Numbered from the stretch's first letter, positions 1 through 12,860 are shown. The stretch: 64,000 nt of DNA from Scyliorhinus canicula (GCF_902713615.1 NC_052162.1:38129990-38193989); one strand, 5' to 3'. The notes: generated by a model from the letters alone, not told the origin. Numbers and translations are program-made.

Positions 1-330
1 ACAAATTCCAAAATATGGAATTTTGAAGTTCTCTGTCAGCTCCATTTGAATCCACAGAGGTCTTGGATCTTGAGGTCTCCCACAACTTGACATAGGCACA
101 TTTAAATTAGATATAACTGTGAAGTCTGATCGACATCTCCCAATGTGGCCTCGCGGGTGATATTTGGGCAAATAGATGGAGAAATGTTCATCAGCTCAAA
201 CGTCCAATGTATAACTTCATTCCAATTCTCTTCCCACACCTATTGTTGCACCAAGGCAGACTTCCATTTGTTCCCAGAGCTGGTAATTCCTGGAAGGTGG
301 TCGCTAGCCTGTCACATCAGGTGTGGCTGA
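1..330 (-). pseudogene. Fossil coding segment; possible C-terminal UL52/PrimPol-type zinc finger of a primase
   Basis: Minus-strand translation HLPGITSSGNKWKSALVQQ*VWEENWNEVIHWTFELMNISPSIC...LYLI*MCLCQVV, then a 1-nt shift to GRPQDPRPLWIQMELTENFKIPYFGIC; runs off the window start. Confidence 0.4.
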
Positions 331-334
331 CCGG

Positions 335-680
335 GTGTTTTTTCATTGCCAAGGCTGATTGGACAGCACATTCAAAACCCATGACTTCTATTGTCCAAAA
401 GGACAAGAGCAACAAGTCCAAAGGAAAAACCACTACCTGTCAGTTTTCCTTAGTCACACACAACCAGTCTTGGAAATGCATCAGTATTCATTCATTCATC
501 ATTGCAGGGTCAATATCCTGGAACTTCCTACATAACAGCACTGTGAGATTTTCTTCACTGCATGGATTGCTGCAGTTCAAGAAGGAGGTTCGTCACTCAC
601 CTTCTCAAGAGCAATTAGAAAGGGAAAATAAATGTTGACTTTTCCAGCAAAGCCTACAAATGCTTGATGAATAAATAAAT
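335..680 (+). mobile_element. 3' end of a CR1/L2-group LINE (same family as 7372-14900)
   Basis: TTCAAGAAGG...CACCTTCTCAAG.GCAATT...AATAAATG tail shared with 7372-7900, 30510-30905 and 40225-40640. Confidence 0.75.
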
Positions 681-850
681 AAAGCATATACATGAGAAAG
701 CATCAGGAAACTTTATGGGCCACCCATGGGCAGGAAAGCAGAGTGCAGTGCCATTGGCAGTGAGGATGCCACCAGCCCACCCCTACACAATATTCTGAAT
801 AGTGGAGGGGGGGAGGGGTCGGATGTGTTGCCCACCAAAAGTCCAATTAT

Positions 851-1130
851 GGGGCGCGATTCTCCGCAAATGCGGAGAGTCGTGAAGGCTGCCGTGAAAC
901 TGGCCGTGTTTCACGGCAGCCTCCGCGCCCCTTCCCGGGACCCGATTCTGCTCCCCGGTCGGGGCTAGCAGCGGGGCCCCGTGAACCTCGACATCGCAGG
1001 CTTAGTGAGCAGCGATTCGTGTCGTGGGGCAGCCATGGGGGGGGGGAGAATAGCAGGAGGTCGGGAAAAATGCCGGGAAGGCCCTCCCGCTATTCTCTGA
1101 CCCGTCGTGGGGGGTGGAGAATCGTGCCCC
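851..1130. mobile_element. GC-rich TIR MITE (PIF/Harbinger-like)
   Basis: TIRs GGGGCGCGATTCTCC ... GGAGAATCGTGCCCC. Confidence 0.75.
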
Positions 1131-1404
1131 ACCTGGTCTTTAAATAGGTAATTAATGTCCATTTAAGGGTATGGTGGTATGACGCCTTTGAGGGGGTGGG
1201 CTTAGTGGACCAAGTGATCGGCTCGAGGCCAATCGTGTAAGGGTACATGAACTGTGGCCATAACTGAGTTTGCCCGGTGCCCTCTGAGCAGGGGCATGGG
1301 CTGTGTGAACCCCGAAGCCAAAGATCCCAGCCCCTTCCTATCGTGTTTTATGCCTGTACTGTTATCAGCCTTTGCTTTTCATAAAATAACCGTTTTGTTA
1401 CTGC

Positions 1405-2513
1405 TGTGATGAATGTAGAAATTGTTGTATGTTACATTTTATATTCTGTTGGAGTAACGTTATTAAAAACCCTGGTATAAAATGCATAAATCAAGTGTGG
1501 CTACAAAACCTGTAATTAAAGAGTTGTAAAAGGCAAGATGATTATTCATTCCAACTTCTTACTTGGTTACAGATAAAGAACTAATTGAATATTGTTTTGA
1601 TTGCTGGACATTCCCTGGAGAGTGGATAATTCATGAGGAAGGTCATGCAGTCATGGAACTTAGCATGGAAGCAGGTCATGGAACTTAGTGGGTTACAGAT
1701 GATGTAATTAATGGGAGAAGCCAGGTCCATCTGCAGTTTTGTAGCCTGTTATAGGATTTTAAGTTGAATAGCAGTGTTGCCAAATGCTGTCAGGTTGAGC
1801 AGAAATATACTGGATTTGCTCTTGAAAGGAAATCTGTCCAAAGCTCGACACTGCAAATTACTTGTTTGTTAACTTTATTTGTAAGTGGCATTTGAACTGT
1901 ATTGCATTGCTTAATTGCAAGTAGTGGCAGGTGTAGATAGTATATTCAGGTTTATTTCATTTTACATAACTGTTTAACTGATAATTGTAATACTATTTCT
2001 TTGATGTTAATGTGGTTAATTCTGTTTAAATTTAAGTTTATTTTGACATAAAAATTAGGGTGGCACGGTAGCACAGTGGTTAGCACTGCTGCCTCACAGC
2101 GCCAGGGATTTGGGTTCAATTCTAATCTTGGGTGACTGTTTGTGTTGAGAGTCTGAGTGGGTTTCCTCTGTGTGCTCTGGTTTCCTCACAGTCTAAAATG
2201 TGTAGGTGAGGTGGATTAGTCATTCTAGCTTGTGCCTTAGTATCTAAAAGGTTAGACATGGTGGAATTGTGGGCTTCAGGGTATGGGGCAAGGAAATGAG
2301 TCTAAGTGGGGTGTTCTTTCAGTGGTCCGATGTAGACTCAATGAGCCAAGTGGCCTCCTTCTGCACTGTAGGGATTCTATGATGAAGATATCTATTGGTC
2401 AGAGTCATCACTCTTGGGGTGAAGCACCTTTCCTCACAGTTTTACAGATTAAAAAATTGGGGTTCTCGTTAAGTATTCTAACAAAGGTTGGAGTCTGGTT
2501 CGGTATACTAACA
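1405..2513 (+). mobile_element. Solo LTR nested in the previous LTR
   Basis: TG...CA termini (TGTGATG...CTAACA); 4-bp flanks CTGC/CTCC; AT-rich LTR-like body. Confidence 0.65.
2058..2383 (+). mobile_element. HE1-type V-SINE with CR1-derived tail
   Basis: tRNA-like head, V-domain GGGTTTCCTC...GGTTTCCTC, tail CTTCTGCACTGTAGGGATTCTATG. Confidence 0.9.
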
Positions 2514-3074
2514 CTCCAGAGTGTTTCTAGAGCCACTATAAAGGGCCTCATCTCACCACTACCCTCATGTAATGGATAGCAGGACAGGCTGGAGCTCAAT
2601 GTGCAGCCTTATAGATTTAACCCTACAGGTTGCTGGTCAGTTAAGGGTATGGGTGCCACTTTCCAGGCTCTTGGTGCCAATCGGAGGCCCCTCCCCACAG
2701 TTTGCCTCCCCACATACACCCTTCCCCTGGCCAGCCTAACATGCCCACATCCTCCCTCGCTTGGGCCTCCAGCCTACATGGACCTGAACGTCCATTGCTG
2801 AACGTCACATGCTTGGCCTACCTGCAGGACCGGCTGTGCTCACTGCTCTTGTTGGAATTACTAGTGTGCAGAGGTACTTGCCTCCAATTAGTTGGTAGTC
2901 CTCTAAGACAGGACTTCCTCCAGGAGAGAGATGGAAGAACCGCCTCATTTTAATTGAAGGGCTATTGCCTGCAAAATTAAAGCTGGATGAGTCGGCTAAG
3001 CAAAGGTGGGCTCGGCATCACCGGATATTTACACTGTGTTGTGGGAGCCTGGTCACATCATATAATCCGGCCCC

Positions 3075-3800
3075 ATGATTGGGTTTACTGGTAATCCTTA
3101 CCATAAATTTGTAAATTTCTGCTCAAAGAATAACCATTTAGAATGTATAACTGCATCAGTGGAACTAAAGTAAGTTCCTTCAGGAAGAAAATAATAAAAG
3201 TGTCGGCATATATTTAATAGTTTCTGTTAAATGCTTTTTTCTACATTTTACCAATAATGATTTGTAGAACATTTTCATATGTAAGTGCCATTTTTGATTA
3301 ATAAAAATCTTATCCAGATGTATATTTTTGCCAAAATACAAGAGCTCAATATTTGTTCAGCAGCCCTACTCCCTTTCAGACTACACCCCCCTCGCTCTGA
3401 GACAATTTTAATTAAAAAATATTCTCGAAAGCAATCTTACCAGGTTCATTGCACATCTTACTTTATATTAATGTGAAAGCTCCAAATAGTTCTGTGTACA
3501 TAGCTTTCTGTTCCCTGAATGATAACTCTGTTGACTTGAATATCTGTCGCACTGTGCAGAACCACAAAATTGTGAAGCTGTTCACCTCCCTCCATCTTCC
3601 ATTTGGACAACCAACTTCAAAATAACCAAACTATTGCGACTTGATTTTCTCATTTTTTTTGACTTTTTTCAAATTTGTTGAAATATCATAGATAAATAAC
3701 TCAGCATGAAAATAATGAAACGATATGCAGAAGCTGCAAAATGAGTTAAGAAGAAAATAAGCTCTTGTGGAGCAAAACCAATGGTGTAAGCCAGTTGAGC
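3075..3800 (-). pseudogene. Fossil coding segment; possible AEP primase catalytic core
   Basis: Across frameshifts and stops: FHYFHAELF (3720-3694), WKMEGGEQLHNFVVLHSATDIQVNRVIIQGTESYVHRTIWSFHINIK (SFH at 3481-3473), YFLPEGTYFSSTDAVIHSKWLFFEQKFTNLW (D at 3157-3155). Confidence 0.4.
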
Positions 3801-3904
3801 AGATAGCCTTTTTTTTGTATTGTTAATTGTATGTGATGGTACTTAGCACCAGTGGCACATTCTCTTCACTAATAAACCAAAAACGATATGTCAATTAGAT
3901 GAAT

Positions 3905-4544
3905 GGGCAGCACAGTATCACAGTTGATTCACAGCCCCAGGGTCCCAAGTTCGATTCCCGCTTGGGTCACTGTGCGGAGTCTGCACGTTCTCCGGGTGAC
4001 TGCATGGGTTTCCACAGTCCAAAGATGTGCAAGTTTGGTGGATTGGCCATGCTAAATTGCCCTTAATTTCCAAAAAGGATAGGTGTCGTTACGGGGATAA
4101 TCATAGAATTTGCAGTGCAGAAGGAGGCCATTCGGCCCATCGAGTCTGCAGCGGTTCTTGGAAAGAGCACCCTACCCAAGGTCAACACCTCCACCTTATC
4201 CCCATAACCCAGTAACCCCACCCAACACTAAGGGCAATTTTGGACACTAAGGGCAATTTATCATGGCCAATCCACCTAACCTGCACATCTTTGGACTGTG
4301 GGAGGAAACCAGAGCATCCAGAGGAAACCAACGCACACACGGGGAGGATGTGCAGACTCCACACAGACAGTGACCCAAGCTGGAATCGAACCTGGGACCC
4401 TGGAGCTGTGAAGCAATTGTGCTATCCACAAGGGTACCGTGCTGCCCAGGAGGAAGTGTGGGCTTAAGTGGGATGTTCTTTCCAAGGGTCGGTGCAGACC
4501 CGATCGGCCGAATGGCTTCCTTCTGCACCGTAAATTCTATGATG
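3905..4544 (+). mobile_element. V-SINE interrupted by an antisense V-SINE
   Basis: Head and V-domain 3905-4099; tail resumes 4448-4544. Confidence 0.85.
4100..4447 (-). mobile_element. Young V-SINE subfamily copy
   Basis: Near-identical to 48775-49139 and 62898-63245. Confidence 0.92.
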
Positions 4545-4749
4545 AATTTTCTTTTTGGTACTTGGTTTGGGTCTTCATTTAAGTATTTTAATAGGAAAAA
4601 TGTTATTAAGCTGCAAATCTGGCAAAGGGTTTATTAATAACATCACAAATATACTTCAGTCCCAAATTTTGTATCAACACCAGGCTATTTGTCCTTGCTA
4701 TCATACTTAGTTGCAACAGCTAGCACTGTGACTGTGCTAAGGCACCAGC

Positions 4750-4995
4750 CTTGACTGGGTGATGGCATTCTCACATCAAAATCAGAATATCAATAATTCA
4801 ACCTCTGCTATGGGGTTCAATCCCATACCCCACTGAAGAAAATTATCTCGTCATTTATCTCAATGTTATTGGGCACTGTGTTCAAATTTATTGAAACTTT
4901 TGCCTGAATTACATTTGAACAATATCTCAAATACTGTAGAGCACATTGGGATGTCCTGAGGATGTGTAAGGTGCAATATAAATGCACATTCATTG
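4750..4995 (+). mobile_element. Old Deu/SacSINE-like SINE fragment
   Basis: Tail GGGATGTCCTGAGG...AAGGTGCAATATAAATGCA resembles DeuSINE 3' ends. Confidence 0.5.
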
Positions 4996-5199
4996 CTGAT
5001 GATCAGCTGGCATTAATATTTGTGCTGGTGCATTGATATGGAGTTAGTTCCATCACTTGCAAATTAGAAACTTGGATTTTAAAAACAGAATTTGCTGACA
5101 TTATTTTCAAACAGATCTGTTGATCAGATTAGGAGAGTAGTAAAACAAAAGTTGGGAAGAAAAGAGTGTTATGGTGTTAAATTATCAAGAAACATTTAA

Positions 5200-7370
5200 A
5201 AAAATAGCAAATTATTACAGGCTTAACATTTCATAAAAGGGAAGTCAGGATTGCAATAGGGTTATTAAGGGGCAGTCAGAATAAAGCCAGAAGCTGTGAA
5301 AGTGAAATGGCAGGAATATTAAGAAATTGCATTTCTTAAGCATTTCTCAGGGAGGCCAGGGTAATGTGACAGCATGGCATATTAGAGTAGACTAGGTATA
5401 ATGTAATTACATTTTAAATAAATAGAATATTAAACAGAATTTAGGAAAGACGTAGCAGATGAAATATAATGCTTATTGAATAAATTATTAGAAAAGGGTG
5501 TATAGCCAGAAGACTGTTGGATAGTTAATATTGTATCAGTATTTAAGAGGTTAGGAGCCAAACATCAGGAATATTTATATAATTTCTATTAGAAATGAAA
5601 ATAAAACATCTAGAAACCAAAATCATAATAATGAATAGATATTGATGAATAGATTTCATAAAGGAAGATCTTGCTTGACCAACCACATTGAATTATTTGA
5701 AGAAGCAACAGAGGGTAGACAAGGGTAATATCATAGATGTAATTCATCTAGTTTTCCAAAAGGCCTTTAATAAGATAGCAGGTAATTGACAAATTAAAAT
5801 TATCAGAGCATGTGGTGCCAGGGCACAAGTAGCAAAATGGATCAAGAGCTGGTTGCAAGGCAGAAAACAGAGGGTAAGCCTAAAGGGTGTCAAGTCAGAG
5901 CAGCATAAGGTGAAAAGTGGGGCCCAACAAGGATCAATGCTGATTCACAATTTATATTAACAGTTCAACTTTAAAATCAAAGGCAAATTTTCAAAACTTG
6001 CAGACAAAACTATTGGTGGAATTCTCCCTTTCTGAGTATTGACGCCCGAGCAGGACTTGCGGACTTCCATGACAGCACAACTGGTGTGCACCTGGGCTGA
6101 TTCAGCGACCATTGAGGGGCTTGCACCTGTGCCACAATTGAACACAATTGATTACAATGAGAAACAGTACGGGATTCGCAGGGTTCTTGATTGACATTAG
6201 GGAGACTGACAAGCTGCACCTGCAAATACATACTTCACAACCCCAAACACACTATCCCAGCCAACAAGATGGCACTGGTTGCGCTGGAGTGCATCCATCC
6301 TGCTGATTGATCAGCTGGGGCTAGAGGGCACCTAGAGGAGTGGCCTGGGGGGAACACCCATAACGACTTATGGCCTTAGGTTCACAGTGGGCAGTCAGTG
6401 GCGTGCTCGCTGTATGGCAGCCTTGCAGGCCGGGGCAATGGTGTTCCATACCCGTCCACCCGGACCCCACACCCACTTCCTGGTCACCCCCCGCTACTCT
6501 CCCTGGCCCTGGCAGAAGCCCCCCAGCCAGCGGCACGACTGTCAGCAAATGATGATGACGTTGGACACTTTCTGTACACCCTCTCTCTCACTCAGCAGCC
6601 AAGGCACCTGTTTCATTATTTTTAAGTGAATCTCGCCATCAGGAATTCACCCCAGGACAGGTGGAGAATTGCAGAGGCCCCGGGGAATACCAGGTCAGGC
6701 CCACTAATGATATACCAAGGGTATTGACTGTACTTACGGAGTGGACCTCATCGACGCCGCTGTCGAGGCACCGGAGAATTGCGATTTGGTGTGAAACCGG
6801 CGCCCGCCACAACTTCAATGTCAAAACCAATTCTCCACCTGCTGCCTTTTGATTCCGGCATCAGCTGACAGAGAATCTTGCCCAGTTCATTTTTGGCGGG
6901 GAGAGGGATGAAGGCGAGTTAATACTGAGTAAGGACTGCAAAACCCATGAATAAGCCTGCCGAATGGACATATACTTGACAAGGGATTAGTACAAATATA
7001 AAGTAATTCAACTTGCTAAGGGTAAAATAAAGGTCACTTATTACTTGGTGAATAGAAATGTAAACAGGATGGAGAAGCAAAGGGATACAGGAGTGCAAAT
7101 ACACAAATTCTGGCGCAGGTCAATAACGTCGAACAAAAGCAAGCAAAGCACAAGTATTCAGTTCCAGAGTTGTCAGATTGAAACGTAGAGAATTTATGCT
7201 AACCATATTTGAACCTTTAGATCATAGCTGAGGGAGTGCGCACAACTTTGATCATCATTTTATTAAAACGAAATGAAGACACCGAAGAGGCAGCAAAAAC
7301 AAATTTGTGAGTATGAAACTAGAAAAGCATGGTTATAGGCGAAACAGAAAAAGATGAAAAGGTTTTTCTT
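5200..7370 (+). mobile_element. Highly degraded CR1 ORF2 (RT) fragment, split by a MITE
   Basis: Relics of GRSCLTN..E.FE, F.KAF, PQGS and K.AD motifs. Confidence 0.7.
6015..6883. mobile_element. GC-rich TIR MITE (Harbinger-like)
   Basis: Termini GGTGGAATTCTC...GAGAATCTTGCCC; flanks ATT/AGT; similar to 16340-16973. Confidence 0.7.
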
Positions 7371-7479
7371 AATTTATTCTTTCATGGGATGTGGGCATTG
7401 CTGGTTAGGTCAGCATTTGTTGCCCATTCATAATCCCTTGAGATGTGATGGTGAGCTGCCGTTTTGAGCACCTGCACTC

Positions 7480-7705
7480 TGTAATATCCCACACGGAACA
7501 AACCGGGTGGGAATGCTGGTCTTCCCCATGCTCCTTGCAGAGTATGAGCTCCTCCTCTAGGGCAGGGTATCTCAATTAACCAATGTATAAAATGTTGGCC
7601 AGTAAGGCACCAAACAGATTAGGAACCAGGTAGGGATCTATCAGGTAGTGTAGATATTGTTTGTGTAAATAAAACTTTGTGTGAACTCCCCATGTTCTTC
7701 TTAAA
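7480..7705 (+). mobile_element. Short solo LTR related to the LTR at 58201
   Basis: Starts TGTAAT; CACTC repeated at 7475-7479 and 7706-7710; shares GA.TATGAGCT motif and layout with 58201-58440. Confidence 0.6.
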
Positions 7706-9839
7706 CACTCCATGTGGAGTAGGTTTACCCACAGTGCTATCTGGAAGGGAGTTCTGGGATTTTGACCCAGCAACAATGAAGGAACAGGGATATAGTTCCA
7801 AGTCAGCTTGACTTGGAGGGGAACTTGCATGTGGTGTTTTTCCCATGTATCTGTGGCATTGTGCTTCTAGGTGGTAGAGGTCATGATTTTGGAAAGTGCT
7901 GTTGAAGGAGCCTTAGTGAATTGCTGCAGAGCATTCTTCCATGGTACACACTGCTGCCACTGTGTGTCGATGGTGAAAGGAATGGATGTTTAAGTTGGTG
8001 GATGAGGTGCAAATCAGCTGGATGGCTTTTTCTGGGTTTTGTTGAGTTTCTTGAGTGTTGTTGGAGCTGCACTTATTCAGGCAAGTGGAGAGCATTCCGT
8101 CACACTCCTGATAGAAAGGCTTTGGAAAATCAGGAGCTGAGTTACGAAGATGAGATTCCCATCCTCTGATCTGCTCTTGTAGCCACACTATTTAGATGGC
8201 TGGTCCAGTTTAGATTCTGGTCAATGTTAACTTCAGGTAGTTGATCTTGGGGGATTCAATGATGGTAATGGCATTTAATGACAAGAAGGAATAGTTGGAA
8301 TATTTCTTGTTGGTGCAAATGTTACTTGCAAATTGTAAGCACAAGCCTAGATATTGTCCAGGTCTTCCTGCATTTGGACATGGATTGATTCAGCATCTGG
8401 GAAACAGGGAATTATATTGAACATCAAAATGGCGGCACACCATCGCATATAAATTGAACATTGTACACTTGTCAGCGAATTCCCTACTACAGACTCTCAA
8501 TGGAGGGTAGGTCATTGACTAAGCAGCTGAAGATGGTAGAGCCTAGGATATCTCCCTGCCAAACTGCTGCATTGATTTCCTGGGACTAAGATAACTGACT
8601 TCGAACAATCACAATCATCTTACTTTCTGCTAAATTTGACCCCAACCAGTGGAGTGTTTCCTCCGATTCCAATTATTTAGGTTTACTATGGCTCCTTGAT
8701 ACCATACTTGATCAATGCTCCCATAGTACCGAGTTTCTTGAGTACCGAGGGCCTTCAGGCATTTCTTGGTATCAGATGCAGTGAATTGAATTGACTGAAG
8801 ACTGGCATCTGTGATGTTGAGGACCTCGGGAGGAGACCGAGATAGATCAGCCACTCAGTATTTCTGGCTAAACATTGTTGCAAATGCATCAGCTTGTCTT
8901 TTGCACTGATGTGCTGGCCTCTCCCATTAATGAAGATGGGGATATATATGGACACTCCTCCTCCAGTAAGTTGTTTAATTGTCCACCACCATTCATGGCT
9001 GGAGAGTTTGGATCAAAACCATTGGGTTAGGATTGTTTAGTTCTGCCTATTGCATACTATTTCTATTGTTTAGCATGAAAGTAGTTCCAATATTGCAGGT
9101 TAGCATCTCATTTTTAGGTATGCCTGGTGCTTGTCCTGACATGCCCTCCTGCACACTTCATTGAACCAAGGATAATTCCCCAAATGAAAACAGTGTTCTT
9201 CTCCACAAGGACAGTCATGGACAGATGCATCTGTCAAACTCAGATTAATGAGGATGAGGTCAAGTAGGATTTTTCCTCTTGTTGGTTCCCTCATCATCTG
9301 CTGCAGACCCAATCTAGCAGCTATGTCCTTGAGTGCTCGGCCAACCTGGTCTGCGTTGTCATAACCGAGCCACTCTTGGTGATGGACATTGAAGTCTTCA
9401 CTCAGAATATTTTCTGTGCCCTTGCTACCCTGAGGGCCTCTTCCAATTGCCATTCAATATGGAGGAGCGCAGATTTAGCAGCTGTGGTGGAGGTTGGGGC
9501 AGGGGGCTATTCAGCTGGTTATTTCTTTGTTCATGTTTCACCTGATTCCATGAGATATCATTGAGTCTGGAGTCAAGGTTGAGGGCTCCCAGTTCAATGT
9601 CCTTCTGACTGTATATCATTGTGGTTCCACCACTGTTGAGTCTGTCCTGCCAGTGGGGCAGGACATTACCAGGGATGGTGATGGTGGTGCCTGGGATATA
9701 ATCTGTCACATTTTGATTAATTTAGTTTGACTATGTCACACTGTTGATTGATTAGACTGCAGGACAACTCCCCAAATTTTGGTCAAATGCCCCAGATTTT
9801 AGTAGGGAGGACTTTGCAGGGTTAATTGGGTGTACCATC

Positions 9840-10125
9840 TGATGAACCATCAATCGAACGCGAGACGACTTACTGTACAAAAGTTAGACTTTAATAAGCT
9901 AGAAGTTAGCCCTGTGGTCGACTACAGTAAATGGACGACGGCCGGGCATTCTGGGTATTTATACCTCGCTCTGGAGGCGGGGTTAGCTCAGCCTCTCGAC
10001 CAATCGGGGAGCCGTCACATGACTGGTCTCAACCAATCGGTCGAGAGGCACATGACCGACCAGGGCCAATGGTAAGCCAGTGTTCTGCACCAATGGCAGA
10101 CAGCTATGCTAATTATATCACCACA
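9840..10125 (-). repeat. 3' LTR of the Gypsy element
   Basis: Direct repeat of 14363-14648, about 12 substitutions by my count; purine-rich AAGGGGTGAA (PPT-like) just upstream on the minus strand. Confidence 0.97.
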
Positions 10126-10427
10126 TTCACCCCTTGTGGAGAGGGAAGCCGGGGTGGGGAGGGGGTGAGGGGGTGGGTGTCAATGAGAGCTGGGGGGGGG
10201 GGAGAGAACTGGTGGTATGAGTAGTAAGGTGAGAAAAAAAAATGTATCCTTGGCTTCCCACTGGCCCAGACATTTAGCAACAGTACATAGTGTCCATACA
10301 AGGTCCATGGTGGTTTTGAAGTTAAATGGACTCGATCAGCCTTTTTGTTGCCCGTGACGTTCTGGCAGACCGCTGCAGGGGAGTTAGTGACGTTGGTTCA
10401 GCCGATGGTGGTGGTTCAGCTGATGTC

Positions 10428-11597
10428 CTAGACTCCGGGAGCGATGGTCCTTGAACTGTCTCCGCACCCCAGGCTGGTGGTGGAGACGCCATGGATGAGG
10501 AAGGGGTGGCCTGGGTGGGGCACAGAGGGAAATGGGGCAGGGGCGGGTCTGTGGTGAAGGGGGGGAAGGCCGCATGTCAGCAGGTGCCGTGTCCTGCCGA
10601 CCGTCGGGGTACTCCACATACGCACACTGCAGGTTAGCGTGGAGTAACTGTACTTGTTCCACCAACGGGTCGGACTTGTGCACCCGCACATGCTTCCGGA
10701 GCAAGATGGGTCCGGGGGCGGCCAGCTACGTCGGGAGAGGGGATCCAGAGGACGACTTCCTGGGGAAAACAAGAAGACGTTCATGAGGTGTTGGGTTAGT
10801 GTGGTACGGAGGAGGGAGCGGTTAGAATGTAGGGCATCGGGGATAACCTCTTGCCATCGGGAAATAGGGAGATCTCTGGACTGGAGGGCCAGTAGGATGG
10901 TCTTCCAGATGGTACCATTCTCCCGCTTGACCTGTCCGTTACCCCGGGGGTTATAGCTGGTCATCCTGCTAGATGCAATGCCCCTGCTGAGCAGGAATTG
11001 ACGCAGCTTGTCGCTCATAAATGAGGACCCCCGATCGCTACGTATGTACGCTGGGTAGCCGAACAGGGAGAAGATGGAGAGGAGGGCCTTAATGACGGTC
11101 GATGTGGTCATGTCGGGGCAGGGAATGGCGAAGGGGAAGCGGGAGTATTCATCGATCGCCGTTAGGAAGTAAATGTTGCGGTTGCTAGAGGGAAGGGGCC
11201 CCTTGAAGTCTATGCTGAGACGTTCGAAGGGGCGGGATGCTTTGATCAGATGCGCGCGCTCGGGGCGGTAGAAGTGCGGTTTGCACTCTCCGCAGATGTG
11301 GCAGTCACGGGTTACTGTCCTGACTTCCTCGATGGAGTAGGGAAGGTTGCGGGTCTTTATGAAATGATAGAAACGGGTCACCCCTGGATGGCAGAGGTCC
11401 GCGTGGAGGGAGCGGAGGCGGTCTATCTGCGCGCTGGCGCAGGTACCGCGGGACAGGGCATCAGGAGGCTCATTGAGCTTCCCAGGACGATACAAGATAT
11501 CGTTGTTGTACGTGGCCAACTCGATCCTCCAACGCAAGATCTTGTCGTTCTTAATCTTGCCCCTCTGTGCATTATCAAACATGAAGGCTACTGACCG
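10428..11597 (-). pseudogene. pol: Gypsy integrase
   Basis: HHCC (LHADLCHPG...CHIC), IDFKGP, SDRGSSF, NGQVKR (catalytic Glu position altered); in frame with RNase H across a TAA; C-terminal frameshift. Confidence 0.92.
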
Positions 11598-12860
11598 TTA
11601 GTCTGTGAGGAGGGTAAACTTCCTGCCGGCCAAATAGTGCCTCCAGTGTCGCACAGCTTCGACTATGGCCTGGGCTTCCTTTTCTACTGAGGCGTGGCAG
11701 AGTTCGGAAGCCTGGAGGGTTCTGGAGAAGAAGGCCACGGGTCTGCCCACTTGGTTCAGGATGGCCGCCAGAGCTACTTCTGATGCGTCGCTCTCGACCT
11801 GGAAGGGGAGCGACTCGTTGATGGCACGCATCGTGGCCTTTGCGATGTCCGCTTTGATGCGGCTAATGGCCTGGCAGGCCTCTGTCGACAGCATGAAGGT
11901 CGTTGTTTGAATGAGGGGACGGGCCTTGTCGGCGTAATTGGGAACCCATTGGGCGTAGTAAGCGAAGAAACCCAGGAAGCGTTTGAGGGATTTGAGGGTA
12001 TTGGGGAGAGGGAGTTCCATCAGGGGGCGCATGCATTCGGGGTAGGGGCCTATCACTCCGTTACGCACTACGTAGCCGAGGATGGCTCGACGGTCGGGGC
12101 TAAACACGCACTTATCCTTATTGTAAGTGAGGTTAAGGAGTTTTGCGGTTTGGAGAAATTTCCGGAGTTTGGCGTCATGGTCCTGCTGGTCGTGGCCACA
12201 GATGGTGACATTATCGAGATACGGGAAGGTAGCCCGTAATCCGTACTTGTCGACCATTCGGTCCATCTCCCGTTGGAAGACCGAGACCCCATTTGTGACA
12301 CCGAACGGAACCCTAAGGAAGTGGTAGAGGCGCCCATCAGCCTCGAACGTGGTGTACTTGTGGTCACTCGTGCGGTTGGGGAGCTGGTGATAAGCGGACT
12401 TAAGGTCCACAGTGGAGAAGACTTTGTATTTCACGATATCGTTTACCATGGCGGAAATACGGGGGAGAGGATACGTGTCCAGTTGCATAAACCGGTTGAT
12501 GGTCTGGCTATACTCGATGACCATCCGGTTTTTCTCCCCAGTCTGGACCACCAGCACTTGGGCTCACCAGGGACTGTTGCTAGCCTCGATGACCCCTTCC
12601 TTCAGCAACCTCTGGACCTCGGACCTGATGAAGGTCCGGTCCTGGGCGCTGTGCCATCTGCTCCGTGTCGTGACGGGTTTGCAATCGGGGGTGAGATTAG
12701 CAAACAAGGAGGGTGGCCCACTTTGAGGGACGCGAGGCTGCAGACAGTGAGGGGGGGTATAGGGCCACCGAATTGGAAGGTCAAGCTCTGCAGGTTGCAC
12801 TGGAAGTCCAGTCCTAGGAGTGCCGGTGCGCAAAGGTCAGGGAGGACAAGGAGTTTATAA
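11598..12860 (-). pseudogene. pol: Gypsy RT and RNase H, disrupted
   Basis: SPW*AQV (CGA>TGA at 12564-12566), DLKSAYHQ, PFGVTNG, YLDN, DAS, EKEA, TD*RS; frameshift near 12716. Confidence 0.93.

Larger units (their letters stand above)
1170..2540. mobile_element. Short solo LTR, split by a second solo LTR
   Basis: 5-bp TSD AAGGG at 1165-1169 and 2541-2545; near-inverted termini TATGGTGG...CCACTATA (decayed TG...CA). Confidence 0.6.

Noticed and set aside
3462-3620. Possible spliced host exon on the minus strand ending at GTAAG
   Set aside because: No good acceptor or partner exons, and protein-like sequence continues past the donor-like site with stops
3905-3970. tRNA-like A/B boxes at SINE heads (many copies)
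   Set aside because: They are SINE promoters joined to V-domains, not cloverleaf tRNA genes
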